In this document: in pieces, positions 9,075 through 19,532 of the stretch
Numbering within the stretch: the first letter of the stretch is position 1
Layout: every line of letters starts with the position of its first letter
Assembly: GCA_965223545.1 (NCBI GenBank)
Contig: OZ245006.1
Span: 2,592,001 to 2,656,000 of the forward strand
DNA from: Planctomycetota bacterium
GTDB taxonomy: Bacteria > Planctomycetota > UBA1135 > UBA2386
DNA length: 64,000 nt
Reading direction: 5' to 3'
Position numbers and translations under genes: made by a program
The notes under the pieces: generated by a model
Database searches by the model: none
The model's input: the letters and a program-made list of their open reading frames with translations, nothing else
Told to the model about the DNA's origin: nothing

Positions 9075-11671
9075 GTCCAGCCAAGGCGGGCAGCTCGACC
9101 CCGGCGATGGCGCAGTACCGCGCCGCCAAGAAGCAGCACCCCGACTCGCTGCTGTTCTTCCGCATGGGAGACTTCTACGAGCTGTTCTTCGACGACGCCA
9201 AGGAGGCCAGCCGGGCGCTCGGCATCACGCTGACGGCGCGCAGCAAGGGCGAGAGTGCGGTGCCGATGGCGGGCGTGCCGGTGCGCGCCGCCGACAATTA
9301 CCTCAAGCGGCTGGTCGACAGCGGCTACAAGGTCGCGGTCTGCGAACAGATGGAGGATCCGCGCACCGCCAAGGGCGTGGTCAAACGCGAGGTGGTGCGG
9401 GTGATGACGCCGGGCACGCTGACCGAAGACAGCATGCTGGTCAGCTCGCGCGCCAACCACCTGCTGGCGGTGACCACCCACCGCGGCCGCGCCGGCCTGG
9501 CGTGGATCGAGCTGTCCACCGGCGCGTTCGTCGCCACCGAGTGCGCCGAGACGCGGATCGCCGACGAGCTCGCCCGGGTCGAGCCGCGCGAGGTGTTGAT
9601 CCCCGAGGACGACGAAGCGCTCTGGATCCTGGTGCGACAGACCGGTGCCGCGGTGAGCCGGCGGGCGCCGTACGACTTCGGCCACGACACCGCGCACCAG
9701 GCGCTGACCGAGTTCTTCCGCACGCAGACGCTGGAGGGCTTCGGCGTCACCGATCTACCCATGGCGGTCGGCGCCGCCGGCGCGCTGATCGGCTACGTGC
9801 AGGAGACCCAGCGAGCAGCGCTGCCGCACATCCGCCGCATCGAGGTGTTCCAGCGCGGCCACGTCATGGCGCTCGACCGCGCGACCCGCGCCAGCTTGGA
9901 GCTGGTCGACACCATGCGCGGCCAGGACGGCGGCACGCCGTTGCTGCAGATCCTCGACCGCACGTGCACGCCGATGGGCGCCCGCGTGCTGCGCGACTGG
10001 CTGCTCGCCCCACTGATCGACGTCGCCGCGATCCAGCGCCGGCAGGACGCCGTCGCCGAGCTGCACGACCAGCCTTCGCTCAACGAACGGCTGCACGACG
10101 AGCTGCGCGGTGTGCTCGACCTGCAGCGGCTGACGACCCGAATCTCGTGCGGGCGCGCCAACGGCCGCGATCTCGTCGCCCTGTGCCATAGCCTGCAGCG
10201 AGTGCCGGTGCTCATCGACGCGCTGCGCGAATGCCGCTCGGAAGAGCTCGCCGCATTCCACCGCGGCATGGATCCGCTCGACGACGTCGCCGCCGAGATC
10301 GAGGCGGCGATCGCCGACGAGCCACCGGTCACCATCCGCGAGGGCGATCTGATCCGCGACGGCTACGATCCAGCGCTCGACGAGCTGCGCAGCCTGACGC
10401 GCGACGGCAAGTCGTGGATGGCGGACTTCCAGGCGCGCGAGGCGGAGCGCACCGGCGCCGCCAACCTGAAAGTCGGCTACAACAAGGTCTTCGGCTACTA
10501 CATCGAGATCACGCACGGCAACAAGGGCGCCGAGATCCCCGCCGACTACGTGCGCAAGCAGACGACGAAGAACGCCGAACGCTACATCACCGAGGAGCTC
10601 AAGGACTTCGAGACCAAGGTCCTGACCGCCGAAGAGCGCAGCCGCGACCTCGAGTACGATCTGTTCTGCGCGCTGCGCGAGCGCGTCGCCACCCACACCG
10701 AGCGCCTGCAGGCGACGGCGGCGGCGATCGCCGCCCTCGACGTGTACACCGGCCTGGCGCGGGTGGCGACCGAGCGGCGCTACTGCCGGCCCCATGTCGA
10801 CGACTCCCGCGTGCTGCACATCGAGGACGGCCGCCACCCGGTGATCGAGGCGACCCACGCCGAGGGCTCGTTCGTACCCAACGACACCGCCCTGGATCCG
10901 CCCGCGCAGCAGCTGGTGCTGCTCACCGGACCCAACATGGCCGGCAAGTCGACCTACATCCGGCAGAACGCGCTGATCGTGCTGATGGCGCAGATCGGCA
11001 GCTTCGTGCCGGCGACCGCCGCCCGCATCGGCGCGGTCGATCGCATCTTCACCCGCGTCGGCGCCGCCGACGACATCAGCCGCGGCGCCTCGACCTTCAT
11101 GGTCGAGATGACCGAGACCGCCAACATCCTGCACAACGCCACCGCGCGCAGCTTGGTGATCCTCGACGAGGTCGGCCGCGGCACCAGCACCTTCGACGGC
11201 CTGGCGCTGGCCTGGGCCATCGCCGAGGACCTACTCCAGCGCACCGGCTGCCGCACCCTCTTCGCGACCCACTACCACCAGCTCACCGACCTGGCCGGCC
11301 CCGGCCGCGGCGTCGTCAACCAGCGCGTGGCGGTCAAGGAATGGGGCGACGAGATCGTCTTCCTCCACCGCATCGAGAACGGCGGCACCGACCGCAGCTA
11401 CGGCCTGCACGTCGGGCGGCTGGCGGGGCTGCCAGCGTCAGTGCTGACCCGCGCTCGGACGATTCTCGCCCAGCTCGAGGAAGACGGCGACACCGTCCGC
11501 GCTGCGCTGCAGACCGAATCCGAGGCCCCGGCGCAGGCCCGGCAACTCGACTTGTTCCAGTCCCCGCGCGAACGCGTGCTGCAGGAGATCGCCAAGCTCG
11601 ACCTCGACTCGATGACGCCACTGCAGGCAATGCAAGCGCTCGCGGGTTGGGTCGAGCAATTGCGCGAGTGA
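9071..11671 (+). CDS. mutS: DNA mismatch repair protein MutS
   Basis: [58 protein letters not shown] overlap with upstream gene. Confidence 0.98.
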   Translation: MSPAKAGSSTPAMAQYRAAKKQHPDSLLFFRMGDFYELFFDDAKEASRALGITLTARSKGESAVPMAGVPVRAADNYLKRLVDSGYKVAVCEQMEDPRTAKGVVKREVVRVMTPGTLTEDSMLVSSRANHLLAVTTHRGRAGLAWIELSTGAFVATECAETRIADELARVEPREVLIPEDDEALWILVRQTGAAVSRRAPYDFGHDTAHQALTEFFRTQTLEGFGVTDLPMAVGAAGALIGYVQETQRAALPHIRRIEVFQRGHVMALDRATRASLELVDTMRGQDGGTPLLQILDRTCTPMGARVLRDWLLAPLIDVAAIQRRQDAVAELHDQPSLNERLHDELRGVLDLQRLTTRISCGRANGRDLVALCHSLQRVPVLIDALRECRSEELAAFHRGMDPLDDVAAEIEAAIADEPPVTIREGDLIRDGYDPALDELRSLTRDGKSWMADFQAREAERTGAANLKVGYNKVFGYYIEITHGNKGAEIPADYVRKQTTKNAERYITEELKDFETKVLTAEERSRDLEYDLFCALRERVATHTERLQATAAAIAALDVYTGLARVATERRYCRPHVDDSRVLHIEDGRHPVIEATHAEGSFVPNDTALDPPAQQLVLLTGPNMAGKSTYIRQNALIVLMAQIGSFVPATAARIGAVDRIFTRVGAADDISRGASTFMVEMTETANILHNATARSLVILDEVGRGTSTFDGLALAWAIAEDLLQRTGCRTLFATHYHQLTDLAGPGRGVVNQRVAVKEWGDEIVFLHRIENGGTDRSYGLHVGRLAGLPASVLTRARTILAQLEEDGDTVRAALQTESEAPAQARQLDLFQSPRERVLQEIAKLDLDSMTPLQAMQALAGWVEQLRE

Positions 11672-11698
11672 GGCAGGGCACGGGTAGCGGAGCTCCCT

Positions 11699-12709
11699 AT
11701 GACCATGACCCGTTTGGTGACGATCGCGCTTCCGGTTGCCGGGCTCGCCGCCGCCTGCAACACGCACGAGCCGGGCACGCCATCGAGCAACGACCCACTG
11801 GTCGCCTTTCAACGTTTCACGGAGAGCACGTGGCGGGTCACGCTCGACAGCGGGACCAGTCAACGCGCAACCTGGACCTGGGGCCCGGGACGCCGCTCGC
11901 TGCGCAACGACACCACGGGGCAAGGCGCCGCTGGCGAGCCGTGGCGCGCTCTCGACCTCTACTACTGGGATGCCGAAGGCGAGGAGATCCGCCTCCTCGG
12001 CCTGCGGCCCGCGATCCCCACGCTCGGCCGCGGCGTCGCCACAGGCACCATGCGCGTCGACGCGACGGGTGGCAGGGGTCGGTTTGATCTCTACCAGCCC
12101 GGGCACCCCCGCCCCCCGAGGAAGATGGGGCTCGAGTGGCACTTCGGAGCGCCGGATCGCTACCGAGAGACCCTGCTCGAGGTTTCCCCGGGGGAGCAGA
12201 TGAGCCCACTGGCTACGCGGGACTTCGTCCGCGCCGACCCCGGTACTCCACCGGCCAAAGCCACGAACGCGAGCCCCACTGGCCCCATGTCGCCATTCGC
12301 GTCCTGGTTCCGTGGCGACTGGGTGGCACCCCGCGACCTTGGCGTGGGTCTGCCCGCCGACCTGCGGTTCCGCTGCCGCTGGCTCCCCCTGATCGAGGTC
12401 CTCACCGTGCAGGTCGCAGCCGCCGACTGCGAAGTGCTGTTGCTCGAGGCCTACCTCTATCACCACCCGACCGATGACACGGTGCACTGCACCGCGTTCA
12501 CGGCGGATGGATTCCACGACGGCGTCGCCAAGATCCAAAGCAACGGCGACATCGAAGCCGATCTCTCCGGAGACCAACGCGGCTCGCCGACGCGCGCCGG
12601 GCTTGCCGTGGCAATCACCGCACAGGAACGACCGCGAGTCCGCTGCTGGTCGTCCAGACAGGGCCACCGAGAACTCATCTTGGACGCGTGGCTCCGACCG
12701 ATGCCGTGA
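11699..12709 (+). CDS. Putative lipoprotein with two tandem beta-rich domains
   Basis: Lipobox LAAAC; internal repeat starts PLVAFQRFTESTW and PMSPFASWFRGDW. Confidence 0.6.
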   Translation: MTMTRLVTIALPVAGLAAACNTHEPGTPSSNDPLVAFQRFTESTWRVTLDSGTSQRATWTWGPGRRSLRNDTTGQGAAGEPWRALDLYYWDAEGEEIRLLGLRPAIPTLGRGVATGTMRVDATGGRGRFDLYQPGHPRPPRKMGLEWHFGAPDRYRETLLEVSPGEQMSPLATRDFVRADPGTPPAKATNASPTGPMSPFASWFRGDWVAPRDLGVGLPADLRFRCRWLPLIEVLTVQVAAADCEVLLLEAYLYHHPTDDTVHCTAFTADGFHDGVAKIQSNGDIEADLSGDQRGSPTRAGLAVAITAQERPRVRCWSSRQGHRELILDAWLRPMP

Positions 12710-12719
12710 ACCACGACTG

Positions 12720-13814
12720 TCCACCTCACCGCACTTGGCGTGTGCTCGGTCACTCCCTTCCCGGCGCGCGACCAGTGCAACGACGTAGGACTGCAGCGCG
12801 GCCGATACCGAGCCAGTCGGCGGATCCAGAGACGCGTTGAGGAGCGTTGACAAGGCGGCATCGGTGCCGGTGCAGGCCACGATCCACGCGGCTTCCTCCG
12901 CAACGGGAGCGTAGAATCCACCGCCGTACAACGCGCGGTCCTGGAACAGCGCGCGGCTGGCGAGGTCGAAGTGCTCCGCGGCATCGAGCTCGCCCAGCCG
13001 ACGGAACGCTTCGGCACGGGCTAGCACCGTGCCAGCATCGGTCGCGAGGCGGCGCAACGCCGGAACGCACCGCGCATCACCCGTGGCCGCGAGCCACCCG
13101 AGGGCATTCGCACGGACACGTTCGTCGGGATCCTTGGCGAGTGACCGGACCCAAACCGGTGCTACCGGGCCGACACGTCGACTGCCAAACAGCGCGGCCA
13201 AGCGACAAGCAGGCCAAGGGGAGACCGAGACAACTACGCGAACGCCGCGGCATCCGCGGGCGATGCCCGCCGAGCCAAGGCGAGCGCGACCGTGGCGATC
13301 GATTCCGCGTGAAAGCCACCCGGCTCCACCGAGAGCGCCCACTCGCGAGCAGCGACGAGGTCCCGGCCGACCCAGGCGTTGACCAAGACTTTGCGCAGGT
13401 GTGGAAGAAGGTCGGCATCCTGCGCCAGCTCGGCAACCCGCCGCGGCCAATTGCCCTCCGCCAGCAAGGACGCGGCGCGCTTGGCCTGCTCGTGCCGGTG
13501 CACCTGCTCCTCCCACCACCACCGATACGTGGCGCTACAACGTAGCGCAGCCGCGGCACGTCGGATCGCACGAGACGCTCCAAGCGCTCCCCCAAGGCCT
13601 CGTCTCCGAACTCGTCCACGAGCAACTGCAGCGGGAGCTCCAGTGCCTCTGCGGCCGCGCGCCGCGCTTTCGGTGACCCCGCAAACAGCGCCGACACGAT
13701 CTCGGGCTTCACGTCAGCGTGGAAGTCAAACCGCGCGCAAAGGAGTGGCGATGCTGTGCGCGGATAGAACGCCCGAGGAGCGTCTTGATCGGACACCGGG
13801 CGAACGCTCAACAA
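12720..13814 (-). pseudogene. Frameshifted HEAT-repeat protein gene
   Basis: Helical-repeat segments in three different frames (SPKARRAAAEALE; WPRRVAELAQDAD; LAKDPDERVRANALGWLAATGDARCVPALRRLA); boundaries approximate. Confidence 0.55.
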
Positions 13815-13967
13815 GTGCTGAGACGATCAGCCCGCTCCGCGGGCGGGGCAGTAGGGAGAGGAGTGGTGTTGTCGGCGATTCCCTACACGTAGTCGCTCAG
13901 CGGAGCGATCATGGTGGGCCCCGACCTGGTCAGCTACTCAGCTTTGCTGGGGGGCCTCAGAGAATCA

Positions 13968-15023
13968 ATGACCGTAGACCTCTTCAAAGAACTCCGCTCC
14001 GACGATGAGCGATGGTGGTGCCTTCTCCCCCAAAACCTCGTGCTCCAGCATGATTGGCTGCTCAAGAGCCACTCGGTAGCGAAAGGCCTCACCTCTGATG
14101 AATTGAGGCCTTTCCTCGCGGCTGCGGTGTACCTCTATTCGCGCAGTATGCAGTCGGTACGGCACGGCGACGGCTTCTATGCGGCGTTGACGCTTCGGTC
14201 GTTGGTAGAGCGAGTCTGCCTACTGTGGACCGACTCGCCGAGCATCCCCTTGAAGCCCGCCGACATCCTTGCGGACCTCGAGTGCTCAGATGTGAAGAAG
14301 CGGCGCCACGCGACTCAAGAGATGGTCGCCGCAGCTGCTAGTGAGGATTCGGATGTCGAGTTCGTCTACCACGACCTGCTGTCACGCTACTTCTCCCACG
14401 TTAGCCATTTCGATCTAGTGCAGAGGCAGTACAGCCAGGAGTTATCGCCGAGCGATCCTGAGTTCCGACTCCGCTACGTGCCCTTCCTTCTGCTTCACGA
14501 CGTCGGGGAGCGCTTGGGCCGCTGGTTCGACGGCTTCTCGACGCGGCATTCGCTCGGGCTTCCACGCAGAACCCAGGGGAAGGCTGGCTTCGAGTACAGC
14601 ATCGAGACTTTCACGCGGCTAGCCGCCATGGCCTTCTGTGAGAAGCACAGTCCCTCGACACCGTTCGAGCTCAGGGTTCTCTTCACCAACTTGGCTGAGG
14701 TCAAGGGGAAGGTCGGGCTCACCCGACTATATCGCGGGGGCATGGAGGTTTACCGGTACGGCCTCCCCGAGGACGCGCCGAACAATGCCGACATGGCTGG
14801 TTTCGCCCTCTTCGCGATCGGGAAGCACAACCCGAAAACCGTGAGGGTCAAGCGCACCGATGTAGGCGCGAAGGGAGAGCGATACGAGTTCTCGTGGCCG
14901 AAAACCGTCGAGGTCTGCACGTTTCCCCTCAGCATGGGCGCGCGGAACATCGAGCTCGGCCACGGACAACCACCACCCTTCATCGACTACGTGACCGAGT
15001 TCCGAAGAGTCCTCGCCCGATAG
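13968..15023 (+). CDS. Hypothetical protein with DUF5677/HEPN-like N-terminal region
   Basis: Long ORF with atypical lower-GC composition; AALTLRSLVER and YHDLLSRYFSH motifs; alternative start 13911. Confidence 0.55.
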   Translation: MTVDLFKELRSDDERWWCLLPQNLVLQHDWLLKSHSVAKGLTSDELRPFLAAAVYLYSRSMQSVRHGDGFYAALTLRSLVERVCLLWTDSPSIPLKPADILADLECSDVKKRRHATQEMVAAAASEDSDVEFVYHDLLSRYFSHVSHFDLVQRQYSQELSPSDPEFRLRYVPFLLLHDVGERLGRWFDGFSTRHSLGLPRRTQGKAGFEYSIETFTRLAAMAFCEKHSPSTPFELRVLFTNLAEVKGKVGLTRLYRGGMEVYRYGLPEDAPNNADMAGFALFAIGKHNPKTVRVKRTDVGAKGERYEFSWPKTVEVCTFPLSMGARNIELGHGQPPPFIDYVTEFRRVLAR

Positions 15024-15058
15024 TCCCGGTCTTGCGGCTGGCGCGAAAGACCCAAACA

Positions 15059-16496
15059 GGCGCTTCAGGAATCTGTGTGGGTAGCTGAAGCTGGATAGAG
15101 GTCGAGGCCGCCGAGATGGAAGAGGATGGCGTTGCGAAAGCGGTCGCGGTTGCGGAAGCCGCAGGCCATCTTCTTGACACGCTGAATCTTGGCATTGATC
15201 GACTCGCTGAGGGCGTTGGACACGCCCTGGGTCACGGCGTTGACGATGCCCCAGAGATGATCGCGGATCATCCGGGCCGCTTGCTTCATCGGTTCGATGC
15301 GACTGCGCATGGCCCAGCCGATCCACTTCTTCCAGGCTCTGCGTGCGTTGCCGGGCCTGAGGTATGTCCAGAGCTTGGTGGCGGCCTCCTTGATGGCCCA
15401 AGCCTTGGCGGTCTTCAGGCCAGCCTGGCGCAGGATGTCGACGATCTCCTCCTGATGGTCGTCGAGCGAGTCGCCGCGTCGCAGCAGGAGGTGCTTGGTT
15501 CGCGTGAGGGTCATGTCGCCCATTGCCGACAGAGCCTTGTGCTCGTCGCACCGGACCTTGTTCAAGGCATCGCCGAGAGCCTTGGAGACATGGAAACGAT
15601 CGAAGGCGATCTTGCGATCGGCGTCGGGGACGTGATCCCTGGTCGACGCGATGTAGGACTTGCTCATGTCCATCGCGACGATCTCGAGGCCGGCCAGCCG
15701 CTCTGCGCCTTCCGCCTTGTAGAAGCCGTCCAGGGACGACTTTCGGCGGTGGTCCGCGACATAGATGACATCGGAGGTCGTGAGATCCGTGACGACCGTG
15801 ACGTACTCGTGCCGCTTCTGGAACGAGGTCTCGTCGACGGCAATGGCGATGAGGTCGCGCTTCTCGCGCCGTGCGAGGCCACGGTCGACCGCCCGTTTCA
15901 TCACGCCATCGACTTCGTCCCAGGTCAGATCGAGCCGTCGAGCGACCGCCGAGATCGTGGCCTCCTTCAGCCAGTCGATGATCAGAGCCTCGTAGAGCGC
16001 CGTGAAGGGAGAGCCAGGAGCTGCCCACGGAACGTCGATCTGTCGGACGCCGTGTTCCGCGCATTCCACCCGCGGCACCTCCGCTTCGAGGATGGTTTGG
16101 TACTGACAGGTGTCGAGGTGGCGCCAGCGGCGATGCCGCGTGTCATACCCCGGGCAGTCCTTGCCGCATTCCGGGCAGATCAGCACAGACCGATTGCCTG
16201 CCTCGACCTTCACCGCGACCAGCTCGAGCTTCGGGTCCAAGTCGACGTCGGTCACCTTCCACGGTGCCTTCAGCCCAAGAATCGTGGCGTAGAGATCACG
16301 GTCGCGCATCCGTGCAATCTACCGGCACACGCCACCAGCATCGCTCCTCGCTCACCCGCAGCTCCGTCACCCTCGGCGTCGGTCGCACCCTCCAAGGCCG
16401 GCGCCGAGGGTGGCGGAGCGAAGGGTGAGCGCCCGTCAGCTCTTGATCCTGAGGAAGAGGGAGTCACCGTCTACCCACACGAATTCCTGAAGACCT
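15059..16496 (-). mobile_element. ISL3-family insertion sequence
   Basis: Imperfect 26-bp terminal inverted repeats GGCGCTTCAGGAATCTGTGTGGGTAG (15059-15084) and AGGTCTTCAGGAATTCGTGTGGGTAG (rc of 16471-16496) flanking a transposase; no target duplication seen. Confidence 0.9.
15065..16309 (-). CDS. ISL3-family transposase
   Basis: CPECG zinc finger, RRWRHLD, IAVDETSF, VAMDMS, FDRFHV, SNALSESINAKIQ...GFRN. Confidence 0.95.
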   Translation of the reverse strand: MRDRDLYATILGLKAPWKVTDVDLDPKLELVAVKVEAGNRSVLICPECGKDCPGYDTRHRRWRHLDTCQYQTILEAEVPRVECAEHGVRQIDVPWAAPGSPFTALYEALIIDWLKEATISAVARRLDLTWDEVDGVMKRAVDRGLARREKRDLIAIAVDETSFQKRHEYVTVVTDLTTSDVIYVADHRRKSSLDGFYKAEGAERLAGLEIVAMDMSKSYIASTRDHVPDADRKIAFDRFHVSKALGDALNKVRCDEHKALSAMGDMTLTRTKHLLLRRGDSLDDHQEEIVDILRQAGLKTAKAWAIKEAATKLWTYLRPGNARRAWKKWIGWAMRSRIEPMKQAARMIRDHLWGIVNAVTQGVSNALSESINAKIQRVKKMACGFRNRDRFRNAILFHLGGLDLYPASATHTDS

Positions 16497-16500
16497 CCCT

Positions 16501-17262
16501 TTAGCGGGGTGGGGTGGCCCGATCCGAAGGAAAGTGGTCGCGGACAATGCCCGCAACTTCTTCGCGTCCGTCGCCTAGGGCTGTCCCAACGAGGATTTCC
16601 AGCTTGGTCAGGAGAGCGAAGGGCATGTCGCCTGCGCCTTCCTTTGGTGACAAGGAGCGAGGATCGTCCATGAGCTTCGTGTTGATCCAGACTCCGTCGA
16701 GCCAATCGACGAGCTCGGCGTCGAGGCCTTCGACCTCGCTGTCGGCGAGCAGGCCGGCACGGGCTGCGGCTGTCGTGTTCTCGAGAAAAGCACGCAGGAC
16801 CTGCGCACCGGAGTCAATGGACTGGACGATGACATCCAGGCCAAACGACTCGAACCACGCGCCTCAACCCACGGAGTCCAGACACGACTTCCGCCGTGGC
16901 CACTCATCGAGGAGCAACGCAACCTCGTTCTCCGCGAGATCGACGTCGAGCAAGCGCAGGCCGTCCAAGCTACGACGCCGCACCCACACATCCTCGCCTT
17001 CGTCGAGGGCGAGCGCGCGCAACGCCGGCACGAGTTCGCGTCGCGTCCAAGCATCGTCGCGAAACTCGCCGAGCGGAGCGTCGTCCGTCGCCCCGGTGCC
17101 AAGCGTCACGAGAAGGTCGGCGACTTTCGCACGGAGGTACCTCTCCGGCGAAACGACCACGGAGGACTCCGCACGGGGCGGCTCGGTGGAGCGAAGAAAG
17201 TGGATAAAGCGTTCACACAGCGCCGGCCGCGACGACAAGCGCAACGGAAGCAAGTTGTTCAA
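16501..17262 (-). pseudogene. Hypothetical helical protein gene interrupted by an in-frame TGA
   Basis: Frame of ORF 16864..17262 stays open for 120 further codons after the TGA at 16864-16866 (GAWFESFGLDVIVQSIDSG...) to TAA at 16501. Confidence 0.5.
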
Positions 17263-17337
17263 GGCGACGGCGTGCTGCGTGGGCGACGCCGATTTGTTTG
17301 GTCTGCTGAAGGCGTCCGAGGCTCTCCTCGAACACCC

Positions 17338-17895
17338 TCATGGTTGCCCCCGAGACTCCCCGCTGTCAAGACTCCCAAGCCAATCGCTGGCAAGCGCACG
17401 CACGTGTCGGTCGAGGCGCTCGATGGCTTCATCGCCATACGAGCCATCGAAAGAGACTTCGCTCGGTCGTTCGAGCAAGTCGTCGTAGGCCCAGTAGGCG
17501 CCGTATAGCTCATGCAAGCCGAGCGAATCGCATGCGTAATCCTTCGACGTAATGACTCCCCGCGATCGTCCGGGATCAACCACTTCGTCGATCATCAGCT
17601 GCAACCCCTCTCTTGGCGGTAGCTCGCCCCGAGCCAGTCGCCCCACACAATCCCGAAGCAACACCATCACCGCCTCCTCGTCCCCAAGGGGCCGACAGTC
17701 CAGGCTCTCGAGGGCACGTCGGAGGAGAGGCTCGACTTCAGACATCACGGGGTTGGACTCCGTCGCGAGCACACCGAGCTCCGGCGCGTCGTGACCTTCC
17801 TCCAAGAGCCTCACTGCCAAGGCAGGAAACTCGTGGCTTCGCAGGACACCCAACAGGAGTCGCGCCCTGAGCACTCGAACGTCGGTCGCCGACAT
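17338..17895 (-). CDS. Hypothetical acidic helical protein (immunity-protein-like)
   Basis: ATG 17895 with GAGG upstream; 185 aa, MSATDVRVLRARLLLG...RALASDWL. Confidence 0.55.
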   Translation of the reverse strand: MSATDVRVLRARLLLGVLRSHEFPALAVRLLEEGHDAPELGVLATESNPVMSEVEPLLRRALESLDCRPLGDEEAVMVLLRDCVGRLARGELPPREGLQLMIDEVVDPGRSRGVITSKDYACDSLGLHELYGAYWAYDDLLERPSEVSFDGSYGDEAIERLDRHVRALASDWLGSLDSGESRGQP

Positions 17896-17974
17896 CTCGC
17901 CTCGAAGATAGCGCCAACACGCGCCCCCCTCACGCAGATGCGGCGCTCCTCGGTGCGATCCACACCAACGTATC

Positions 17975-19258
17975 TCAGCGCATCGCCCGGTTGCGCTCGT
18001 CAGGTGACACCCAATACCGCTCGGCGGGTGGCACACTGGCGGGATCGCGGAGCGACCATCCCAACCGGGCGGCGGTGTGCTCGTTCGGAGTGAAGTCCGG
18101 ATTGAGCGTGCCGTTGTCGACCAGAATCTGACGCACGGCCGGTGGGTACTGCTGGCCGAACGGCACGCCACGAACCGTTGGCCGAAAGGCCCGGTTGTCG
18201 GTCCGCAGCGGAACGTCGGCGAACCCACGGCGCACGCCGTTGACGAAGTAGTCGAAGGTGCAGTCGTCGTCACCGACCACGACAATCCGCTCGCGACTCT
18301 TCTCCCAGATGCCGATCCGCGCCAGGCTTCGGATCGGCGTCACCTGCACGGTGATGCCGGTGTCTTCCGACACCAACTGCCAATCCTCGGGGATCGGGAT
18401 CTCGGCGCGACCGCCGCGCAACTGCATCGTGCCCCGAAAATACGTCCCCGACTCGTTGCCCTCCAGGCAGACGAAACGGATGTTGGTGGCCGCATCGGCC
18501 GGGTGTGGCTGAACGAACGACTTGATGCCGGTCGCGCCGAGCCCGCCCTCGGCGAACACGCCATAGCCACTCCCGTTGTGGGTACCAACAACGCCGGCGA
18601 CGGACCCGGTCCAGCCAAACCCCTGCACACCGGCTTGGGCACCGACGCCGACCGCACCGCGCCCCGCCTTGCCCGGGCCATGGCCCCATACGCCAACACC
18701 ACTGGTGCCCTTGGCAAAGCCATGCACGCCTTGGCCACCCATGGCGGTGGAGATGCCCATCACCGCTGGCGCGGGTGAACTGGCGATTCCCTTGACGCCG
18801 ACACCCCCCGACGTGCCCGATGCCTCGCCCTGAACACCGACCCCGAGAATGGTCGTACCCAACACCCCGATGGCACCCGGCTCGTCGCTCCGATTATCGC
18901 CTCTGACTCCGATCGCCGCTGCCGACCCAGCACTCCCGCGAACACCACAACCGGTGGAGTCGGCTGCCGTGGTCATGCCGAGCACGCCGCTTGCGGAGCT
19001 CCCGTCACCCCGCCCAAAGACCGCGTAGGCAGGGCTCTTCGCCCCGTACGCGTTGGCGTAAACCGTGTACTTCTCGACGAAGCTCCTGACGTGCAGCATC
19101 GAGCCCACGTAAGGCGCCGGCGTGCCAATCCCGACATGGCCGGCGTCGAAGTAGATGTCGTTGCCGCTCGGCAACCACTGCGCAACGGTGTCGGCACTGA
19201 TCGACACGGTGCAGAGTGGAACGAGAACGAGGGTTCGGGAGATCGATGTCCAGAGCAT
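17975..19258 (-). CDS. Secreted Gly-rich repeat (fibre/beta-helix-like) protein with conserved C-terminal domain
   Basis: Signal peptide, AGGAGG RBS, GHVGIGT, many GVxG repeats, then KSFVQPHP...CLEGNESGTYFRG...TVQVTP. Confidence 0.75.
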   Translation of the reverse strand: MLWTSISRTLVLVPLCTVSISADTVAQWLPSGNDIYFDAGHVGIGTPAPYVGSMLHVRSFVEKYTVYANAYGAKSPAYAVFGRGDGSSASGVLGMTTAADSTGCGVRGSAGSAAAIGVRGDNRSDEPGAIGVLGTTILGVGVQGEASGTSGGVGVKGIASSPAPAVMGISTAMGGQGVHGFAKGTSGVGVWGHGPGKAGRGAVGVGAQAGVQGFGWTGSVAGVVGTHNGSGYGVFAEGGLGATGIKSFVQPHPADAATNIRFVCLEGNESGTYFRGTMQLRGGRAEIPIPEDWQLVSEDTGITVQVTPIRSLARIGIWEKSRERIVVVGDDDCTFDYFVNGVRRGFADVPLRTDNRAFRPTVRGVPFGQQYPPAVRQILVDNGTLNPDFTPNEHTAARLGWSLRDPASVPPAERYWVSPDERNRAMR

Positions 19259-19532
19259 GTGGTCCTCCTGTTTGGCTCACGCCAGTGTGAAACCCAGCAT
19301 CTCGACGGCGTTACTGGCCAGGTGAACAAATGCACGCGCTTGTCAGCCGTTGCTGTCGCCTTCGCTCCGGGCGTTCCTCCCCGATCCCCCACCCCACGCC
19401 CCCACCGCTCGCCTCGCCCACGCCCACCCGGGTATGCTTGGCCTCCTTCGGCGCGCTCCGCGATCCGGTCACGGTCAGGCCACACGACGCGGAGTGCTCC
19501 ACTGCGGTTCGCGCCACGCGCGGGAGGACAAC

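Noticed and set aside
15051..16504. Target-site duplication for the ISL3 element
   Set aside because: Flanks CCCAAACA and CCCTTTAG do not match
16864..16866. Selenocysteine or programmed readthrough at the in-frame TGA
   Set aside because: No redox motif context or recognisable SECIS; a nonsense mutation in a decaying island is simpler
12709..19300. Integron cassette array
   Set aside because: No integrase and no convincing attC (RYYYAAC...GTTRRRY) sites between the ORFs
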